DNA of 64,000 bases from Bacilli bacterium (GCA_017435465.1 JAFSEX010000005.1:6793-70792); one strand, 5' to 3'. Numbered from the stretch's first letter, positions 29,700 through 42,198 are shown. Program-made: numbers and translations. The notes: generated by a model from the sequence alone, not told the origin.

Positions 29700-29790
29700 A
29701 TTAAAAAAACTTACAAACCATATTGGTTCGTAAGTTGATTTCAAATGGAGCAGTTGTCGAAGATATCTACAACTTTCAACTTCTTAACGA
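29700..29790 (-). repeat. TGGAGC-core module D (divergent relative of the small-RNA-like repeats A-C)
   Basis: The minus strand reads hairpin ...CAACTGCTCCATTTGAAATC, then terminator AACTTACGAACCAATATGGTTTGTAAGTT plus T-run. Confidence 0.35.
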
Positions 29791-29931
29791 TTTGATATAC
29801 AAAATATCAATCTCTAATAATATTTTAACATATTTTTTATCAAATATGTCTAATTTTATATAATTTTTCTTAAAAATGTAAAAAACAAGCAAAATCATGT
29901 TATAATTATATTAAATAAAGGAGGTTTAATT

Positions 29932-30198
29932 ATGCATCAAACTGAATATATAGATGTTTTAATTGGTACAAGTAATGGGTGCTATATTGTTGAAAAAAAG
30001 GAATTTGAAAAAGGAAGTAAAGAAGCATTAGAAGCAACGGAAATGCTAAAAGCATTAGCTCTTAAAGGTATGAAAGAAGGACATCCTATTTATAGAAAAC
30101 ACGGAGATAAATTAGTTGAAGCCAATTTAGAAGTAGATTATGCTTATTTACTTGAATTAGAATTGTTACCAAAAGAAGGACGTTCAATAGGAAGATAA
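29932..30198 (+). CDS. hypothetical protein (element Y cargo)
   Basis: Intact ORF with SD AAGGAGG, translationally coupled to the next ORF. Confidence 0.4.
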   Translation: MHQTEYIDVLIGTSNGCYIVEKKEFEKGSKEALEATEMLKALALKGMKEGHPIYRKHGDKLVEANLEVDYAYLLELELLPKEGRSIGR

Positions 30199-30200
30199 TT

Positions 30201-31580
30201 ATGGAAAAAATTAATTATTTTAAACTTAAAAATATTAAATATGACATAGAGTTTTGTCGTAATTTTCCTATAAAAGTTTCATTATCTGATAATGCAATAA
30301 GATTCTTGAAAGTATTGTTAAGTTATAACAATTTAAGTCTAGAAAAAATATTATCAATGTTAGAAAACAATAAAACACTTGAACTATTAAATATAAAAAA
30401 GATAGATCCAAATGAATTAGAAGTAGTATTTGATATATTTTATGAAGTATCAGATTTTTTTCGAAATCTTGATAGAACAGGTAAATTAACTTTTGATGAA
30501 ATGAAATATGCTTATCAAAAATTAAAAGAAAGTAATAAATTTAGTGAAAGTGAATTGCATTTTTTTCAAATGTTTATAGATATAAGAAAAGAAAGAATTG
30601 ACAGCATATATAATTTAAATAGTTCGGAATTAGAATCTCTAATTATAGGAATGGGATTAGATGAAATAAAAGAATTAAAAGTATTACTTGGATTTAGTAA
30701 GAAGCCTGTATATATACATTTGTCTGATTATTCAAATTCTAAAAAAGTTTCAGAAAATTATATATATGATTTAACACCTGAAGAAAAGCAATTGGATTTT
30801 TTAATAGATCAATATTTAGAAAAAAAAGAACAAAAAGAAGAATCTGAATATGGATTTTCTTTCTATAATAAAATTAGTGATGAATTTTTTAAATATTATG
30901 ATTATAGCATATATATTATTGAAACAATGCAAGCTGAGTTTGATAAAAAATATGATGAAATGTTTGAACAATATAAAGATAAAAATTCACAGACTGAAAG
31001 TAAAAATCAAACTTATGACACTTCAAAACGAGATTTAGCTAATTTACAAAATTTGGTAGGGAAGATTTCTGATTCTTCACAAGAATTGATTAGTAATAGT
31101 ACAACAATTAATGATATAATGAGTTTAGACGAATTATTGAATTATAGAAATAGTTTGGATGAAAACTTCTTTTGGCTAAAAAAGGCAATAACTGAAGTTA
31201 TAAGAAAAATGAATCAACGAATTATAAGTTTTAACGAATGTGTTGCTAATGGTAATGTTAACGAAAAATTAAAAGATATGAGTTTATGGCAAAAAAGACA
31301 ATTATTATTTTTACGTAAACTTCCAAATTTAGAACATTATAATCCAAGTAATGAATTAGCCAATTTTACCTATGATGCCACAAATATGTTGTGGAATTCC
31401 ATTAAAGAAGATGAATTAAAAGAAGCTCAAGATAATGGTTTTGATACTTTTGACGAGTATATGCTATCTATATATGAAAATGATATAAAAGATAAAGATA
31501 TCATTGATTTTAGGCAAATATATATTATTAATTATTATAAAAATAAAATAAATCAGGATAAAGGTATCCCTAAAAAATAA
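30201..31580 (+). CDS. hypothetical 459-aa protein (element Y cargo)
   Basis: Intact ORF. It is acidic and helical-looking, and no motif was recognised. Confidence 0.4.
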   Translation: MEKINYFKLKNIKYDIEFCRNFPIKVSLSDNAIRFLKVLLSYNNLSLEKILSMLENNKTLELLNIKKIDPNELEVVFDIFYEVSDFFRNLDRTGKLTFDEMKYAYQKLKESNKFSESELHFFQMFIDIRKERIDSIYNLNSSELESLIIGMGLDEIKELKVLLGFSKKPVYIHLSDYSNSKKVSENYIYDLTPEEKQLDFLIDQYLEKKEQKEESEYGFSFYNKISDEFFKYYDYSIYIIETMQAEFDKKYDEMFEQYKDKNSQTESKNQTYDTSKRDLANLQNLVGKISDSSQELISNSTTINDIMSLDELLNYRNSLDENFFWLKKAITEVIRKMNQRIISFNECVANGNVNEKLKDMSLWQKRQLLFLRKLPNLEHYNPSNELANFTYDATNMLWNSIKEDELKEAQDNGFDTFDEYMLSIYENDIKDKDIIDFRQIYIINYYKNKINQDKGIPKK

Positions 31581-31601
31581 TATAAAAGATGATTGAAAGC
31601 A

Positions 31602-32932
31602 TTAACGCTCATAATCATCTTTTTCTTTTGTTATATAATCTCTTGAACTGTTAATAGGTTTAGAAAAATTTATTAATTGTTCATAATCAGCTTCATCTAA
31701 ACCTTTATGCTCATATAAATCACGGGTAAGTTTAATATATTTATCTTTTTCTTTGTGGTCTAAAATTCTAGTAATAATGAAATGTTTAATAAAATAAAAT
31801 TTATCTTTTAATTTTTGTAAAAGGGATTTTAAATTAAGATTTTCTTTCTTAAGTTCAGAGATTTCTTCATCTTTTTGTTTAATATTTTTTGTTAAGCTAT
31901 CAACTTTTAGAGATAAATCATCATTATTTTCTTCTAACAATTTTAATCTATCACGATTATTTAATAACTCTGATTCTAGTTCTTTTAAAGTAGCAGTTAG
32001 TTCTGAAATACTTTCATATTCTACAATAGTTTTATCAACTAAATTTATAAAAGCAATCATCTTATCTCTATCAACAACTTTTAATACTAATTCACTTTTT
32101 ACAAAACCTTTTGATTTTAAATTATCTAATATTTCTTCAATTTCTTTAGTTTTATTAGATAAATCATTGTTTTTATCTTGAATTTTTTTTAAGGTTTGTT
32201 GATGCCTTTTGATATTTTTCTTTAAATAAATATATTGTTTTTTTGTATAATCAACATTTCGTCCTTCCATTTTTTCGCTTAATATATCTTTTGAATTATA
32301 TTCCTTATTAAAAGATTCAATACATAATGTTCTCATTTTATCTTGTAAATTTCTAAGTGATTCTTTGGTAAAAACTTCAGATTTTCCAACTTGTTTTTTC
32401 ATACCATTTTTACCACCAATTTTAATAGGAACACCAATAATGTGCATATTGGAGAAGTTTCATCATAATGAATTATAGCACTTGCTATTTTAAAATTAGG
32501 TACAAGATTTTCTAAATCAATAACTTGTTGTTTGAAAACATTTGTCATTTTTCTCTTAAACTTTAGATCTTTAGTATCCCAAAATTCTTTATCTCCAAGT
32601 TCAATTATTATCTCACAAGCCAAATCATTTTTAGAACTATTACTAATGTGTGAAAAATAATCTTTAATCCTTCTATCATCTCTAATTTGCCTAGAATTAT
32701 ATTCATTTCTTGCATCTTCAAACTCATCTAAATATAATTTTTTAACATCATCGTATAGAGAATTAGTACCTCTAATAAATTCAATATCATTAATTTTATC
32801 ATCATACTTTCTACAATTATGCTTATCTGCTTTTGATAATCCAGCTGCATTTTGGATAGCATTATTTGCAAGTGATGTTGTACCACTTAAATTAGATTTA
32901 GCACTTGCTTTACTACTATTTTTCTTATTCAT
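31602..32932 (-). pseudogene. MobV-family (Mob_Pre) relaxase with a 1-nt frameshift inside the HxDExxPHxH motif
   Basis: The upstream ORF ends ...AIIHYDETSPICTLL and the downstream ORF begins MHIIGVPI. Restoring one base at ~32446-32452 gives HYDETSPHMHIIGVP. An N-terminal KHNCR motif and a coiled-coil C terminus are present. Confidence 0.7.
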
Positions 32933-33017
32933 ATCTCTTCCTAGATGGAAAGAATAAGCTAATTCTATAATCAATCACGCTCCTTTTTTTAGTAGTTAAA
33001 ACTTGGTTTTTTAGAGT

Positions 33018-33039
33018 ATATTTTGTTATGACAAAATAT
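33018..33039. promoter_or_regulatory. inverted repeat upstream of mob, candidate oriT hairpin
   Basis: ATATTTTG-N6-CAAAATAT lies ~90 bp upstream of the relaxase start. A second hairpin, CTAAGGCTCGCCTTAG, lies at ~33083-33098. Confidence 0.3.
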
Positions 33040-33116
33040 TTAACCCCCTAGGCATTTTGACATACTATCAAAATACCAGTGGGCTAAGGCTCGCCTTAGA
33101 ATCCGATATAGAAGAA

Positions 33117-35114
<1,998 letters not shown>

Positions 35115-35186
35115 TCATATTTACTTCTGTCCGTCTATATTAATTATATCATTTTTTTCGACAAAAGTCCATCTTTGCAAATGGCG

Positions 35187-35462
35187 TTAGTTAATACTCT
35201 TAATGTAATTTTCTAATTCTGATAACTGAATTTTATTGTTTAAATTTTTAATGTAGATATCAGTAGAATAATTAAATGCAAGAAATGTTATATTTTTAAT
35301 AATAACTTTATGAGGTTCAATATAAGTTAAATTAGTTTTATCTAATTTTCTTATACTACCATTTATGATAGTAGGAGTAGTATTACAAAAATCACATATA
35401 AATTCTAACTTTTGTTTTAAACCTTTTTCCATCTCAATTTCCTGTTTAATAATATTAAGCAT
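35187..35462 (-). CDS. small conserved protein upstream of the serine recombinase (paralog of 29376-29660)
   Basis: Start ATG 35462 behind SD AAGGAAGGA. Its size and motif are shared with the element X protein. Confidence 0.5.
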   Translation of the reverse strand: MLNIIKQEIEMEKGLKQKLEFICDFCNTTPTIINGSIRKLDKTNLTYIEPHKVIIKNITFLAFNYSTDIYIKNLNNKIQLSELENYIKSIN

Positions 35463-35539
35463 AAACACCATCCTTCCTTTAGGATGATTTCTTTGTATGG
35501 CTTCCAAGCTAGACACGTGGAAGTTCATAAACACAAAAA

Positions 35540-35640
35540 AATCAATCTTTCGATTGATTTTCTATATATCAATGTCCGAATAGTTCGAACAGATTCGTCA
35601 ATGGAGCAGATGATGGGAAACTGAACCCGGTATTTTTTGG
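35540..35640 (-). repeat. TGGAGC-core module E
   Basis: The minus strand reads ...CATCATCTGCTCCATTGACGAATCTGTTCGAACTATTCG. This aligns with copy A (GCTCCATTGAAATGAATCGAACTAGTAATAGTTCG). Confidence 0.35.
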
Positions 35641-35717
35641 GTATTTTTGACTTTTATAACCCCTTTAAATATAAGGGTTTGTGCTATTTTTAAGTATTAC
35701 GAAATTTTATGTTTTTG

Positions 35718-35745
35718 AAAAATTAGTACCTAAATAGTACCTAAA
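35718..35745 (+). repeat. 28-bp direct repeat copy 2, overlapping the integrase stop codon; probable att core
   Basis: Identical to 15776-15803. Confidence 0.9.
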
Positions 35746-36851
35746 TTTTCTAATACATCTATTATAACTTTTTCAGTTTCAGGAAATAAATGGGCATATG
35801 TATTTAAGACAACTTCAATAGTATCTCCCAATCTTTCGGCTATTAAATTAGTTGGAACTTTGTTGCTAATTAGCAAACTAGCATGACTATGTCTAAATTC
35901 ATGAATTGTTATTCTTTTGTCATTTAAACCAGCCAATTCAAAATAATTATCACAATGTCTTGAAATAGTAGTGTAGGGTAGATATTCTAATCCACCAAAT
36001 ACAAACCAACTATTATCAAAGTTACATATTTTAGATTGTTCATTATAATGCTGTTTTAATATATTTACTAATTGGGTAGGCATACTTATTATACGATTCT
36101 TTTTGTTTTTAGTATTTGTTTCCTTATGACCTTTTTTAAATGTTCTAAAACTAATTTGTTTTATTATCTTAACTTTATTTGTATTAAAGTCAATGTCAGT
36201 CCATTTTAATGCTCCAGCTTCACCTTTACGAACTCCCATATAATACAAAAAGTGAAAATATGCTTTATCTGTTAAGTCTTCAATAACACTCTGAAAAATA
36301 TTGAACTCTTCTGGAGTAATATATCTTACTTTGTTTGTATCATCAATTATTTCTTCTGTGTTTTTAGCAAAGTTATTAATATTCTTCATAATATTAGTTT
36401 TAATTATTTTATTGTCTTTTGCAAATCTAAAAATTGAAGATAATACATTAAATATTGCTTGTTTATAAGATGTTTCATATTCTTTTTCATTTATATCTAT
36501 TTTTGATTTCCAATTTTCAATATCTGATTCAGTTATTTTTGTTATTTTCTTATCACCTAAATATTCCTTAATGTGTGCTCTATATCTATCATTGTGAGTA
36601 TAAATTGTTGATTCTTTTACTAATGTATAATTTGATTTATATAATTCAAATACTTCATCAAGTGTTAAATCATTAGAAATTTGCTCCCCGGCACATGATA
36701 GAAATATTCTTTCTTGTTCTTCTGCCTCTTTTTTAGTCATGTATTTTTTTGATTTTTTTACCTTTCTAACATTATCTATATTAGTGTAGTAAACTTTAAA
36801 ATACCATGTTCTTCCATCTTTTGTTTTTTCTTTTGCTTTATATACTGGCAT
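35730..36851 (-). CDS. int: tyrosine-type phage integrase
   Basis: 373 aa. N-terminal SAM-like domain, then a C-terminal catalytic pattern: GVRKGEAGAL, HEFRHSHASLL, and LNTYAHL with the terminal Tyr. Confidence 0.85.
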   Translation of the reverse strand: MPVYKAKEKTKDGRTWYFKVYYTNIDNVRKVKKSKKYMTKKEAEEQERIFLSCAGEQISNDLTLDEVFELYKSNYTLVKESTIYTHNDRYRAHIKEYLGDKKITKITESDIENWKSKIDINEKEYETSYKQAIFNVLSSIFRFAKDNKIIKTNIMKNINNFAKNTEEIIDDTNKVRYITPEEFNIFQSVIEDLTDKAYFHFLYYMGVRKGEAGALKWTDIDFNTNKVKIIKQISFRTFKKGHKETNTKNKKNRIISMPTQLVNILKQHYNEQSKICNFDNSWFVFGGLEYLPYTTISRHCDNYFELAGLNDKRITIHEFRHSHASLLISNKVPTNLIAERLGDTIEVVLNTYAHLFPETEKVIIDVLENLGTI

Positions 36852-36980
36852 AATATCACTCCTTTTATTGCATAATTTTATTAAATTTGCTATAATTTAG
36901 AGTATAGAAAAGGAACTATCGTGGTAGATAATTTTTTCTATACATTTCTCTTAACTGTTGGCGCAGTTAGGAGACTTTTT

Positions 36981-37427
36981 TTATTTTATGATAGCATTAT
37001 CAATATTTAACGCAGACCCTAATATTGGATTTAAATCTTCAATTGTGCCACAAAAATTTATTGTATCTCCACTATTAATAGTTTTTGAAATCTCGTCTTG
37101 TGTATAATTTAAATAGACTTCTGCTATTACATTTCCATCTTGAACCATTAAATATACATCTTTAGTAAATTCATTATAATTAACACTTTCAACAACCCCT
37201 GAAAGATTAAAAGATTTACCTAAATATTTTTCTCTAGCTAAAACCTCATTGTTTTTGTTTTCATTATATATTTCTGATATAGTGGAATTTTCAAATTCAT
37301 GACATTGAATTGGTTCAGATATTTTTCTTTCTCCTAATCTTTTTATGTGACTATATAAAAAGAACCCAATTAAAGCTACAATAATTATTGCTAAAACCGC
37401 ATTCGATGATTGTTTTTTTTCTTTCAT
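36981..37427 (-). CDS. membrane-anchored protein with OB-fold-like (tRNA_anti-like) ectodomain; moron position between int and repressor
   Basis: N-terminal TM helix. The pattern ...AREKYLGKSFNLSGVVESV...GDTINFCGTI resembles tRNA_anti-like lipoproteins as remembered. Confidence 0.4.
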   Translation of the reverse strand: MKEKKQSSNAVLAIIIVALIGFFLYSHIKRLGERKISEPIQCHEFENSTISEIYNENKNNEVLAREKYLGKSFNLSGVVESVNYNEFTKDVYLMVQDGNVIAEVYLNYTQDEISKTINSGDTINFCGTIEDLNPILGSALNIDNAIIK

Positions 37428-37497
37428 AATTTCACATCCTTATATATTTTTTTAAATTTTAATGGATTTTCTACTATATATCAAAAATTTTATTTAA

Positions 37498-38154
37498 TTA
37501 TAATCTAGTTCTTTTTTCTTTGGCAATACCTATTATTCTAACAGGTAAATTTTCTATCTGTTCATTGTTATAAAATGTAGGTAAATAATTATCTTGATTA
37601 TTTAAATTTAATGGGACTAACGTTATGCCTGCTTCACTTATCGTAACATTTTTAAATGTAGCATCATATCCATTTACCATTACAGCACAGTCTTTATTAT
37701 TAGCAATAGTATAATCTACAACTTGTTCAAATATAACAATATCGTTTTCATTATATTTAGGATACATACTATCGCCACTTATTTTTAATCCATAATAGTT
37801 TTTTCCACCCATAGTCCATTCTTTAGGTATATCAATATATTCTAATATATCTTGTTGTGCTTCGATTGCTATACCAGCTTTAATTGTGCCTAAAACCGGT
37901 ATTTGAATTGTATCAGATAAAACTTCAACTTGTTCAGCATTATCAAATTGTAAATCCTTTATAAGTAAATCAGGAAGAGGAACACGCAATGCTTTTGCTA
38001 CTTCTTCAACATTATCAATTGATGGTTTTATTTCATCAGTTTCCCATCTACCAATAGTAGATTGATTTACACCAACCATTTCTCCTAATTTGTTTTTTGA
38101 TATTCCTTTATTTTCTCGAATAAATTTTAAATTCTTTGAAAAGAAATTGCCCAC
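37498..38154 (-). CDS. CI/LexA-like repressor (XRE HTH + S24 peptidase domain)
   Basis: N-terminal HTH ISKNKLGEMVGVNQSTIGRWE and a C-terminal S24 pattern (KISGDSMYP...). It is divergent from a Cro-like gene. Confidence 0.8.
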   Translation of the reverse strand: MGNFFSKNLKFIRENKGISKNKLGEMVGVNQSTIGRWETDEIKPSIDNVEEVAKALRVPLPDLLIKDLQFDNAEQVEVLSDTIQIPVLGTIKAGIAIEAQQDILEYIDIPKEWTMGGKNYYGLKISGDSMYPKYNENDIVIFEQVVDYTIANNKDCAVMVNGYDATFKNVTISEAGITLVPLNLNNQDNYLPTFYNNEQIENLPVRIIGIAKEKRTRL

Positions 38155-38287
38155 AATGCCACCTCCTTTAGACTAATTATAATTGATAAAAATTAAAAAA
38201 TCAATAAAAATTATGCTTTTTTGCATAAAAACTATTGACTTGTGCGAATACGCATAGTATAATGGGTTACAGATAGGAGGTTAAAGA

Positions 38288-38530
38288 TTGAAAACCACAA
38301 GAGAATTAATTTCAGAAGAATTAAGAAGCATACGAGCAAAAAAGAAATTAACTATTGAAAGCGTTGCAGAACAAAGTGGAGTAAATAAAGATACTATTTC
38401 TAGATATGAAAATAATTTAGTATCTATGCAAATAGATATATTAGAAAAATTATTAAATTTCTATGACATTGACTTTAGTATTTTTTTTACAAACGTATAT
38501 GCGAATAAGCACAACAAAGTTATGGGGTGA
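38288..38530 (+). CDS. Cro-like XRE-family regulator
   Basis: 80 aa with HTH LTIESVAEQSGVNKDTISRYE. TTG start behind SD TAGGAGG, and a TTGACT...TATAAT promoter at ~38237-38265. Confidence 0.7.
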   Translation: MKTTRELISEELRSIRAKKKLTIESVAEQSGVNKDTISRYENNLVSMQIDILEKLLNFYDIDFSIFFTNVYANKHNKVMG

Positions 38531-38572
38531 GAATGTAAGAGTTAAATTATCTACCACGATAGGAGGTTAAAT

Positions 38573-38839
38573 ATGAGAAGAGGTAAATATGAAAATCTTT
38601 CAGCAAGTCAAATGTTAAATGTAATAGCAAAACAATGGGCAACGAATGATGATATATGCAAAATAGGAAATGTTGGAAGTAACAAAGCAATTGAAATAAG
38701 AAGAGCTATTGAAAATGAAATTAAAAAAAATGGATACAATTTACCGAGACAATCAATTGTACCAATGAAAAATGTAATTGAATATTTTCAAATAGATATC
38801 AATTATTTAAAAAAACTATCAAATTTAGAAAGGGGATAA
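38573..38839 (+). CDS. hypothetical phage early protein
   Basis: Intact ORF behind SD TAGGAGG. Confidence 0.4.
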   Translation: MRRGKYENLSASQMLNVIAKQWATNDDICKIGNVGSNKAIEIRRAIENEIKKNGYNLPRQSIVPMKNVIEYFQIDINYLKKLSNLERG

Positions 38840-38843
38840 CAAA

Positions 38844-39083
38844 ATGAAAAATAAAAAAAAGAGAACCCTATACCACAAAAGGAACTCTTTCGTTAAAAAA
38901 ATAACAATCATATTTTATCTTATAATTGCAATTTTGTCAATTATGAGCCACAAAATAGACAGTTTAAGCAACTTATTAGCAGAAATAACAGTTTATACAA
39001 GTTTAGCAATAATGTTAAATACAATGCTTAAAAATGTATCTATAAGCAAGATAATGAGTGATATGAAATTACTATTTGATTAG
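38844..39083 (+). CDS. small membrane protein
   Basis: 79 aa with two hydrophobic helices. Confidence 0.4.
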   Translation: MKNKKKRTLYHKRNSFVKKITIIFYLIIAILSIMSHKIDSLSNLLAEITVYTSLAIMLNTMLKNVSISKIMSDMKLLFD

Positions 39084-39095
39084 GAGGTATACAAA

Positions 39096-39752
39096 ATGGG
39101 AAAAAACAGTTTTATATTGTATACCGATTATGAAGAAAAATTAGCACCACTTTCTGATAAAGAATTAGGTGAAATAATAAGAAATATATTTGTATATTTA
39201 AGAACAGGAAAAGTCCAAAAAATGGATAGAGCACTTTCATTTGTATTCAATTTTATCAAAGTAGAATTAGATAAAAATAATGAAAATTATGAAAGAATTG
39301 TTGAGAGAAATAAGGAAAACGGGAAGAAAGGTGGAAGACCAAAAACCACCAAAACCCAAAAAAACCCAAAAAACCCAGTGGGGTCCAAAAAAGCCGATAC
39401 TGATACTGATACTGATATAAAAATAATAATAAATAATTATTTTTATAAGAAAGAAATTATAAAAGAAAGATTTTATGAATTTTTAGAAGTTAGAAAAAAA
39501 CTAAAAGCAGTAAATACACCTAGAGCAATAAAATTACTTTTAAAAGATTTAGATAATGCTACTGATATTGAAAAATTAGTAATGATTGAAAAGAGTATTA
39601 AAAATAGTTGGAAATCATTTTATGAACTTAAACCACATGAAAAACAAAAATTAGTAGATGTACCAGATTGGTTTGATAAAACAATTGAAAAAGAAAAATT
39701 AACAAAAGAAGAACAAAATGAAATAGAAAAATTGTTGGAGGAGTTCAAATGA
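39096..39752 (+). CDS. hypothetical phage early protein with basic KKGGRPK patch and Asp-Thr repeat
   Basis: Intact ORF. A (GATACT)x4 tract at ~39394-39417 encodes DTDTDTD. Confidence 0.4.
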   Translation: MGKNSFILYTDYEEKLAPLSDKELGEIIRNIFVYLRTGKVQKMDRALSFVFNFIKVELDKNNENYERIVERNKENGKKGGRPKTTKTQKNPKNPVGSKKADTDTDTDIKIIINNYFYKKEIIKERFYEFLEVRKKLKAVNTPRAIKLLLKDLDNATDIEKLVMIEKSIKNSWKSFYELKPHEKQKLVDVPDWFDKTIEKEKLTKEEQNEIEKLLEEFK

Positions 39753-39940
39753 TTATGGTTAATTTAAAAGATTATAATTTAGAAAACTTTAAAGAAAAAG
39801 ATTTATATACAGTAGATGAAGTGATTTCAAAAATAGAAGATATGGAATGCACAATACATACCTTACAAGAAAAATTAAAAGAACTTAATGAACAAAAAGA
39901 AAGAGATATGTACGAAGATTATAGATTGGGGTTAATTTAA
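39749..39940 (+). CDS. hypothetical small protein
   Basis: ATGA overlap with the upstream ORF. Confidence 0.35.
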   Translation: MIMVNLKDYNLENFKEKDLYTVDEVISKIEDMECTIHTLQEKLKELNEQKERDMYEDYRLGLI

Positions 39941-40102
39941 ATGACAAATAAAAGTTTTAAAGAATTAAAACAAAATACTCAAAAAGATAAACACAGAACT
40001 GCTTGGAAATTAATAACAAGCGAATTAACAAGAAAAGATTTTACAAAAAGACAATGGGAAATTTTTAAAAACGAATTTAAATTAGTGAAAGGAAATTAGA
40101 AA

Positions 40103-40939
40103 ATGATAGATAGTGAAAAATTAAAAAAACTTAATGAAGAAATAGAAAGTATTGAATTAAAAAGAAAAGATAAAGAAACAGGGGAAACAAAGATAACACA
40201 ATACGTTGATGTATCAAAAAGAATAGAAGCATTTAGAGAATTAATACCAAATGGAACTATTTTTACAGAAATAGTACATGAATCAGATGAAACTATAAAC
40301 AATCAAACAATTCATAGTATTAGATTTAAAGCAAGTGTATATGATGAAAACGATAAAATATTAGCAATAGCGCATGCAGAAGAAAAAAATAATACTTATA
40401 TAAACAGAACATCATTAATCGAAAACTGTGAAACATCAGCAGTAGGTAGAGCATTAGGTTTTCTAGGAATTGGAATTAAAAAAGGAATTGCCTCAAGTGA
40501 AGAAATGCAAAAGGTAATAGCAGAACAAAACAAATTTGAAATATATGAAAATATGTATATTAGTGAACCTGAAGCTAAAAAGATTATTGTTTCAACACTA
40601 GCAGAACTTTCAAGAAAATTTGGTTTAAGAAAAGCTGATTTAGAACAAAAGATAAATGAAAAATTATGGACAAGTTTAGATAAGTTAGATGTTCATCAAT
40701 TATTAAGATTAGAAACAAAACTAAAAACAGTAAATATGCAAAATGATGAATGGCATGATATTTATAATCAAAATTTAAAAATCAAAAATGTAGTACCAGA
40801 AGACCAAGAAGTAAGTTACAAATCAAGTCATCATAAATTTGGTGAAATAGCATTACAAAAAGCAAACGATAACGAAATGCTTAAAAATGACATAATTGAT
40901 TACTACTTAAATGCAGGAATTAATTTAGCAGGTGATTAA
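40103..40939 (+). CDS. possible single-strand annealing (Rad52/Sak-like) recombination protein
   Basis: The block CETSAVGRALGFLGIG resembles phage SSAPs as remembered, and an ssb gene lies nearby. This call is not verified. Confidence 0.35.
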   Translation: MIDSEKLKKLNEEIESIELKRKDKETGETKITQYVDVSKRIEAFRELIPNGTIFTEIVHESDETINNQTIHSIRFKASVYDENDKILAIAHAEEKNNTYINRTSLIENCETSAVGRALGFLGIGIKKGIASSEEMQKVIAEQNKFEIYENMYISEPEAKKIIVSTLAELSRKFGLRKADLEQKINEKLWTSLDKLDVHQLLRLETKLKTVNMQNDEWHDIYNQNLKIKNVVPEDQEVSYKSSHHKFGEIALQKANDNEMLKNDIIDYYLNAGINLAGD

Positions 40940-41270
40940 TTTGGACTTATATAACGAATTAATGCAAAAACAAAAAGAACTAGATATATGTATCAAATCA
41001 TTAAGAAAAACAGGTAATGACTATGCAGAAGCATATACAAATTACAGAATTAAATTATCACAAGAATTAGTTAAATTACGTGATGAAGGTATGCCTGTAA
41101 CAATAGCTTATGATGTTGCTAGAGGTAAACAAGAAATAGCAAAAGCAAAGTTTAATGAAATATCAAAAGAAGCAATATACAAAGCAAATTTAGAAAGTAT
41201 AAATGCAATTAAATTACAGATTAAGATTTTAGATAACCAATTAGAAAAAGAATGGGGAAATGCTAAATGA
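40932..41270 (+). CDS. hypothetical phage protein
   Basis: Overlapping GTG start. Coiled-coil-like. Confidence 0.35.
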   Translation: MINLDLYNELMQKQKELDICIKSLRKTGNDYAEAYTNYRIKLSQELVKLRDEGMPVTIAYDVARGKQEIAKAKFNEISKEAIYKANLESINAIKLQIKILDNQLEKEWGNAK

Positions 41271-41611
41271 TATTTGAATTATTAAAACTATATGAATGGA
41301 AAAAGAAAAAAGATATTCTAAAAGAATTAAACGAACATGGAGTTCATATAGACGAAAGAAACTTTAGAAAAATAGTAGAAAGACACAATAAATTATATTT
41401 TGAACATAGAACTGATTACTATTTAGCACATAGTCCAAAAGGATATAAACTCACAAAAAATGAAGAAGAAATACGAAATTCAGCACTAGATTATCGCAAA
41501 CGTGGAATAAATCAGTTAATAAAGTCAAGCAAAACATTAAAAGCATTAAATGAAAATTCAAATTTTAGATTAGAAATAAAAAATGGAGAATTAATTTATT
41601 CAGAGATATAA
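41267..41611 (+). CDS. hypothetical phage protein
   Basis: ATGA overlap with the upstream ORF. Intact ORF. Confidence 0.35.
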   Translation: MIFELLKLYEWKKKKDILKELNEHGVHIDERNFRKIVERHNKLYFEHRTDYYLAHSPKGYKLTKNEEEIRNSALDYRKRGINQLIKSSKTLKALNENSNFRLEIKNGELIYSEI

Positions 41612-41620
41612 GGGGGAAAT

Positions 41621-41866
41621 ATGACAAGATTAGAACAAAGAAAAAACAGTATTGAAAAAACATTAAAAGATTTCAAAATACCTTATGAAACAATGTATGA
41701 CAGAAGATATTTCAAGATAAAACATCAAGGACACAAATTATTACTAGAAGTAACTAATAGATACATCGATATAAGGAATAGAAAAGATACCATGAGTTAT
41801 GGATATTTTGAAGGTGTAACTGATTTTAGACATTGCATTGAAAATGGTTACAGTTTAGTAGATTAA
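41621..41866 (+). CDS. hypothetical phage protein
   Basis: Intact ORF behind SD AAGGGGGA. Confidence 0.35.
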   Translation: MTRLEQRKNSIEKTLKDFKIPYETMYDRRYFKIKHQGHKLLLEVTNRYIDIRNRKDTMSYGYFEGVTDFRHCIENGYSLVD

Positions 41867-41880
41867 TAGGGGGTTAAGGT

Positions 41881-42198
41881 ATGGAAATACCAAAGAAAGT
41901 AAGGAATGAATTAGACAAGCTATATGAAGCTTATGACAATCCAGATTATATAGTGGATTATAAAGGTCAATATCTACCTAAGAAAGGGAATGTATTTACT
42001 ATACGACATTATCATCACGTAGATAGAGATAGAAATAACAATGAATTATGGAATCTAGTTCCACTAGGATATAACGACCATATAATAGAAATTCATTCTA
42101 GAAATAACAAAGAAGTAAAACAAAGGATATATGGATTCATGTGTAATCAATTTCCAGAACATGAAGAACATTATAGAAAATATTTATTGGAGGTTTAA
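41881..42198 (+). CDS. HNH-type endonuclease-like protein
   Basis: HHVDRDRNNNELWNLVPLGYNDHIIEIH fits the H-N-(N)-H pattern. Confidence 0.5.
   Translation: MEIPKKVRNELDKLYEAYDNPDYIVDYKGQYLPKKGNVFTIRHYHHVDRDRNNNELWNLVPLGYNDHIIEIHSRNNKEVKQRIYGFMCNQFPEHEEHYRKYLLEV

Larger units (their letters stand above)
27024..29790 (-). mobile_element. small integrated element X carrying a large serine recombinase (boundaries approximate)
   Basis: Recombinase plus two small ORFs, with the same 5' architecture as element Y. Inserted between the surface locus and element Y. Confidence 0.45.

Noticed and set aside
39394-39417. Short tandem repeat (GATACT)x4 and the Asn-rich tract at ~23030-23100 as CRISPR or VNTR-like elements
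   Set aside because: Both are in frame inside intact ORFs (an Asp-Thr repeat and an Asn-rich linker). No repeat-spacer architecture occurs anywhere in the window, and no cas genes are present.
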